A stretch of DNA of 63,236 nucleotides, the filler included, from Octopus bimaculoides (taxonomy: Eukaryota), in NCBI RefSeq assembly GCF_001194135.2. It is 6 parts of 5 records of this genome, joined end to end, with 100 filler letters (N's around TTAATTAATTAA, not from the genome) between each part and the next. Parts side by side here need not be neighbours in the genome. Positions count along the whole stretch, not along the records: positions 56,550 to 63,236 come from NC_068981.1; 5 more parts are not named here. One strand, written 5' to 3'. Positions 61,428 to 63,236 of this stretch are shown in pieces (the stretch's first letter is position 1; the number at the start of each line of letters is the position of its first letter). The notes beneath the pieces were generated by a model, which was not told the DNA's origin, did no database searches, and saw only the letters and a list, made by a program, of their open reading frames with translations. Both the position numbers and the translations under genes were made by a program.

Positions 61428-63236
61428 ATATGACGTATTTTCTTTGTAATATTTAGTTGCAAGAATGCGCTAGGAAAAATGTCGTGAAAATTGCATTTTC
61501 TCCGTCTTAACGTTTTGACTAAAAGAGATTTTACTATCTTCAAAATGCAAGAACGCTTTAAGTGATGCCAACAGAGGGCTTGATCTACGGAGAATAAGAA
61601 TCGAGTAAAGATACAAGAACGATAATTGAGAATATAATACGAAGAAGAAATTTCCTATCAATTAACACTTACACATTCTTTTGTTAAATAGATTTACTGT
61701 TCGATGATTCTACTATTGTAATGTGTGTTTCTTTGTTTTTATTTTCTGATGTCGGTTAGGTTTCTCTTTTATTCCTTTCACTTGACTAGAAGTACACATT
61801 GTTGCGAATTTATTTCTAATAGGCATATTAAACGAAAGTAAAATCTGATTCATCCTCCACCTCCTGTACTTGCGAAGAATAAGATCATGTCAGTCTAGGA
61901 AAAATACCTTGTTTGATCAATAAAACGACAACGACTATGACAGCACCGACGACTACAATGAATATGTTGACAACACCATGAACAATCGTGTGATCTACAA
62001 TAACGATACAAAGCAACAACTTTACTAAAGAACAACTGCATGTGCTTCCGTTTGTGGATTTGCAAAAGATAGTATAGTGTGTAAGCTTCGATTTATACGA
62101 AGGAAGTGAGCTTTAAACAACTGTAATATCATTTACAAGCTGCAACCATTCACCTCACAAGGAATTGTATTTAAATTGGATCTGAATGTATTTAAATAAA
62201 ATGTTTACAATGTCATCCCAATTCTTCGGCGACAATAGGAATGTAAACATTAAAAGCGGAATAAAATTGCTCTTGGTATTCGTCGACATATTATGATTGT
62301 AAGGCATGCGAATACGTAAAAGTAAATATAAAGATACACCTAAATAGAATATTAGACTTCCAAATCTTCATAAGTGTAACACTGTGCCAATTTAAATTGT
62401 AGTTTGTTCTATTTTCAACAGTTACGTAATTATATTCAGCCTGATTATGTTTGTAGCTAGTTTTAAAATTTCTGAGATACTCCTAGCAAGAATTTGAATG
62501 TCATAAATAAAATTCAGGATGGGGGGGAATCTTTATCGAACTAAGCACATTTCAATTTCAATGAGAAGATTTTATTGAAGGAAAAAAACCTGTGGTTTTC
62601 CTTTTTTTTATGGCGGGGGCTTCTTTACGCACATACACTCATACACACACACACATATGTGTGAGTATGTGTATGAGTGTGTGTGTGTGTCAGTGTGTGT
62701 GTGTGTGTGTGTATGTGTGCGTGTACATGAAAATATAGATATTATTAAAATAATATTAATATCCAGCAAGAATAAAGCACCATATAAGTAGAATTATAAA
62801 TATATAAAGCAGGTGTACACGAAGTACGATCATTCCTAGAAATAGTAACCGATAAGTTTACGGCGCTATGTAGAGCTTCACTGAATATTTAAAAGCAGAA
62901 GTATGTGCGGGCGGCGAATATAGGAAAATTCTGTCTTACCTCTGCGGAGACCGTTAGAGGAATAAAGGATAACACAATACTGCAGTTTCACACTTTTCAG
63001 GTCACGAGCGTGAACACGAATCTCATTGGTCGCCGTCATTTGAGTCTATTATGAACGCCCAAATTTTAAAACATTCACTATTCCCTGTTTACTCGACTGA
63101 TAGCCCCAGTCATAACCAGAACCAAGATAAATGAAAAAATATGCATTAAAATATGTGATTAAAATAAAAATAATAATCATCAAGAATAAGGCACCAGATA
63201 GGTAGAATTATATATATATATATATATATATACATA

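Noticed and set aside
61420-61620. Strong minus-strand acceptor TTCTTATTCTCCGTAG| at 61585
   Set aside because: No good matching donor and no recognisable peptide in any frame.

Overview
AT-rich eukaryotic DNA from a gapped draft assembly. About 8.6 kb (~14%) is N, and five 100-bp N44-TTAATTAATTAA-N44 linkers cut the window into six blocks. The SINE families and microsatellite spectrum strongly resemble octopus genomes; this is recognition from memory, not a database result. I find no intact host protein-coding gene, rRNA, true tRNA or CRISPR array. The window is a transposon graveyard: two decayed Ty3/Gypsy pol fragments (one with a candidate 3' LTR and PPT), DNA-transposon relics (Tc1, several mariner, probable Sola2, Merlin, hAT with 8-bp TSD, Helitron/Helentron ends, MITEs), RLE-type (R4/Dong-like) and RTE-like LINE ends, three tRNA-derived SINE families and one unclassified repeat family. 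The most interesting signals are: (1) two near-canonical minimal hammerhead ribozyme folds (15437-15519 +, 21044-21089 -) plus a three-copy hammerhead-like family with a deviant core, all of the Penelope/retrozyme type; (2) a palindromic mariner derivative built from two 3' ends; (3) a minus-strand bias of TE coding fragments (11 of 13); (4) nuclear-receptor DR5-type motif clusters; (5) a few unverified minus-strand exon candidates. All family assignments come from motif recognition by eye and need confirmation by database search.
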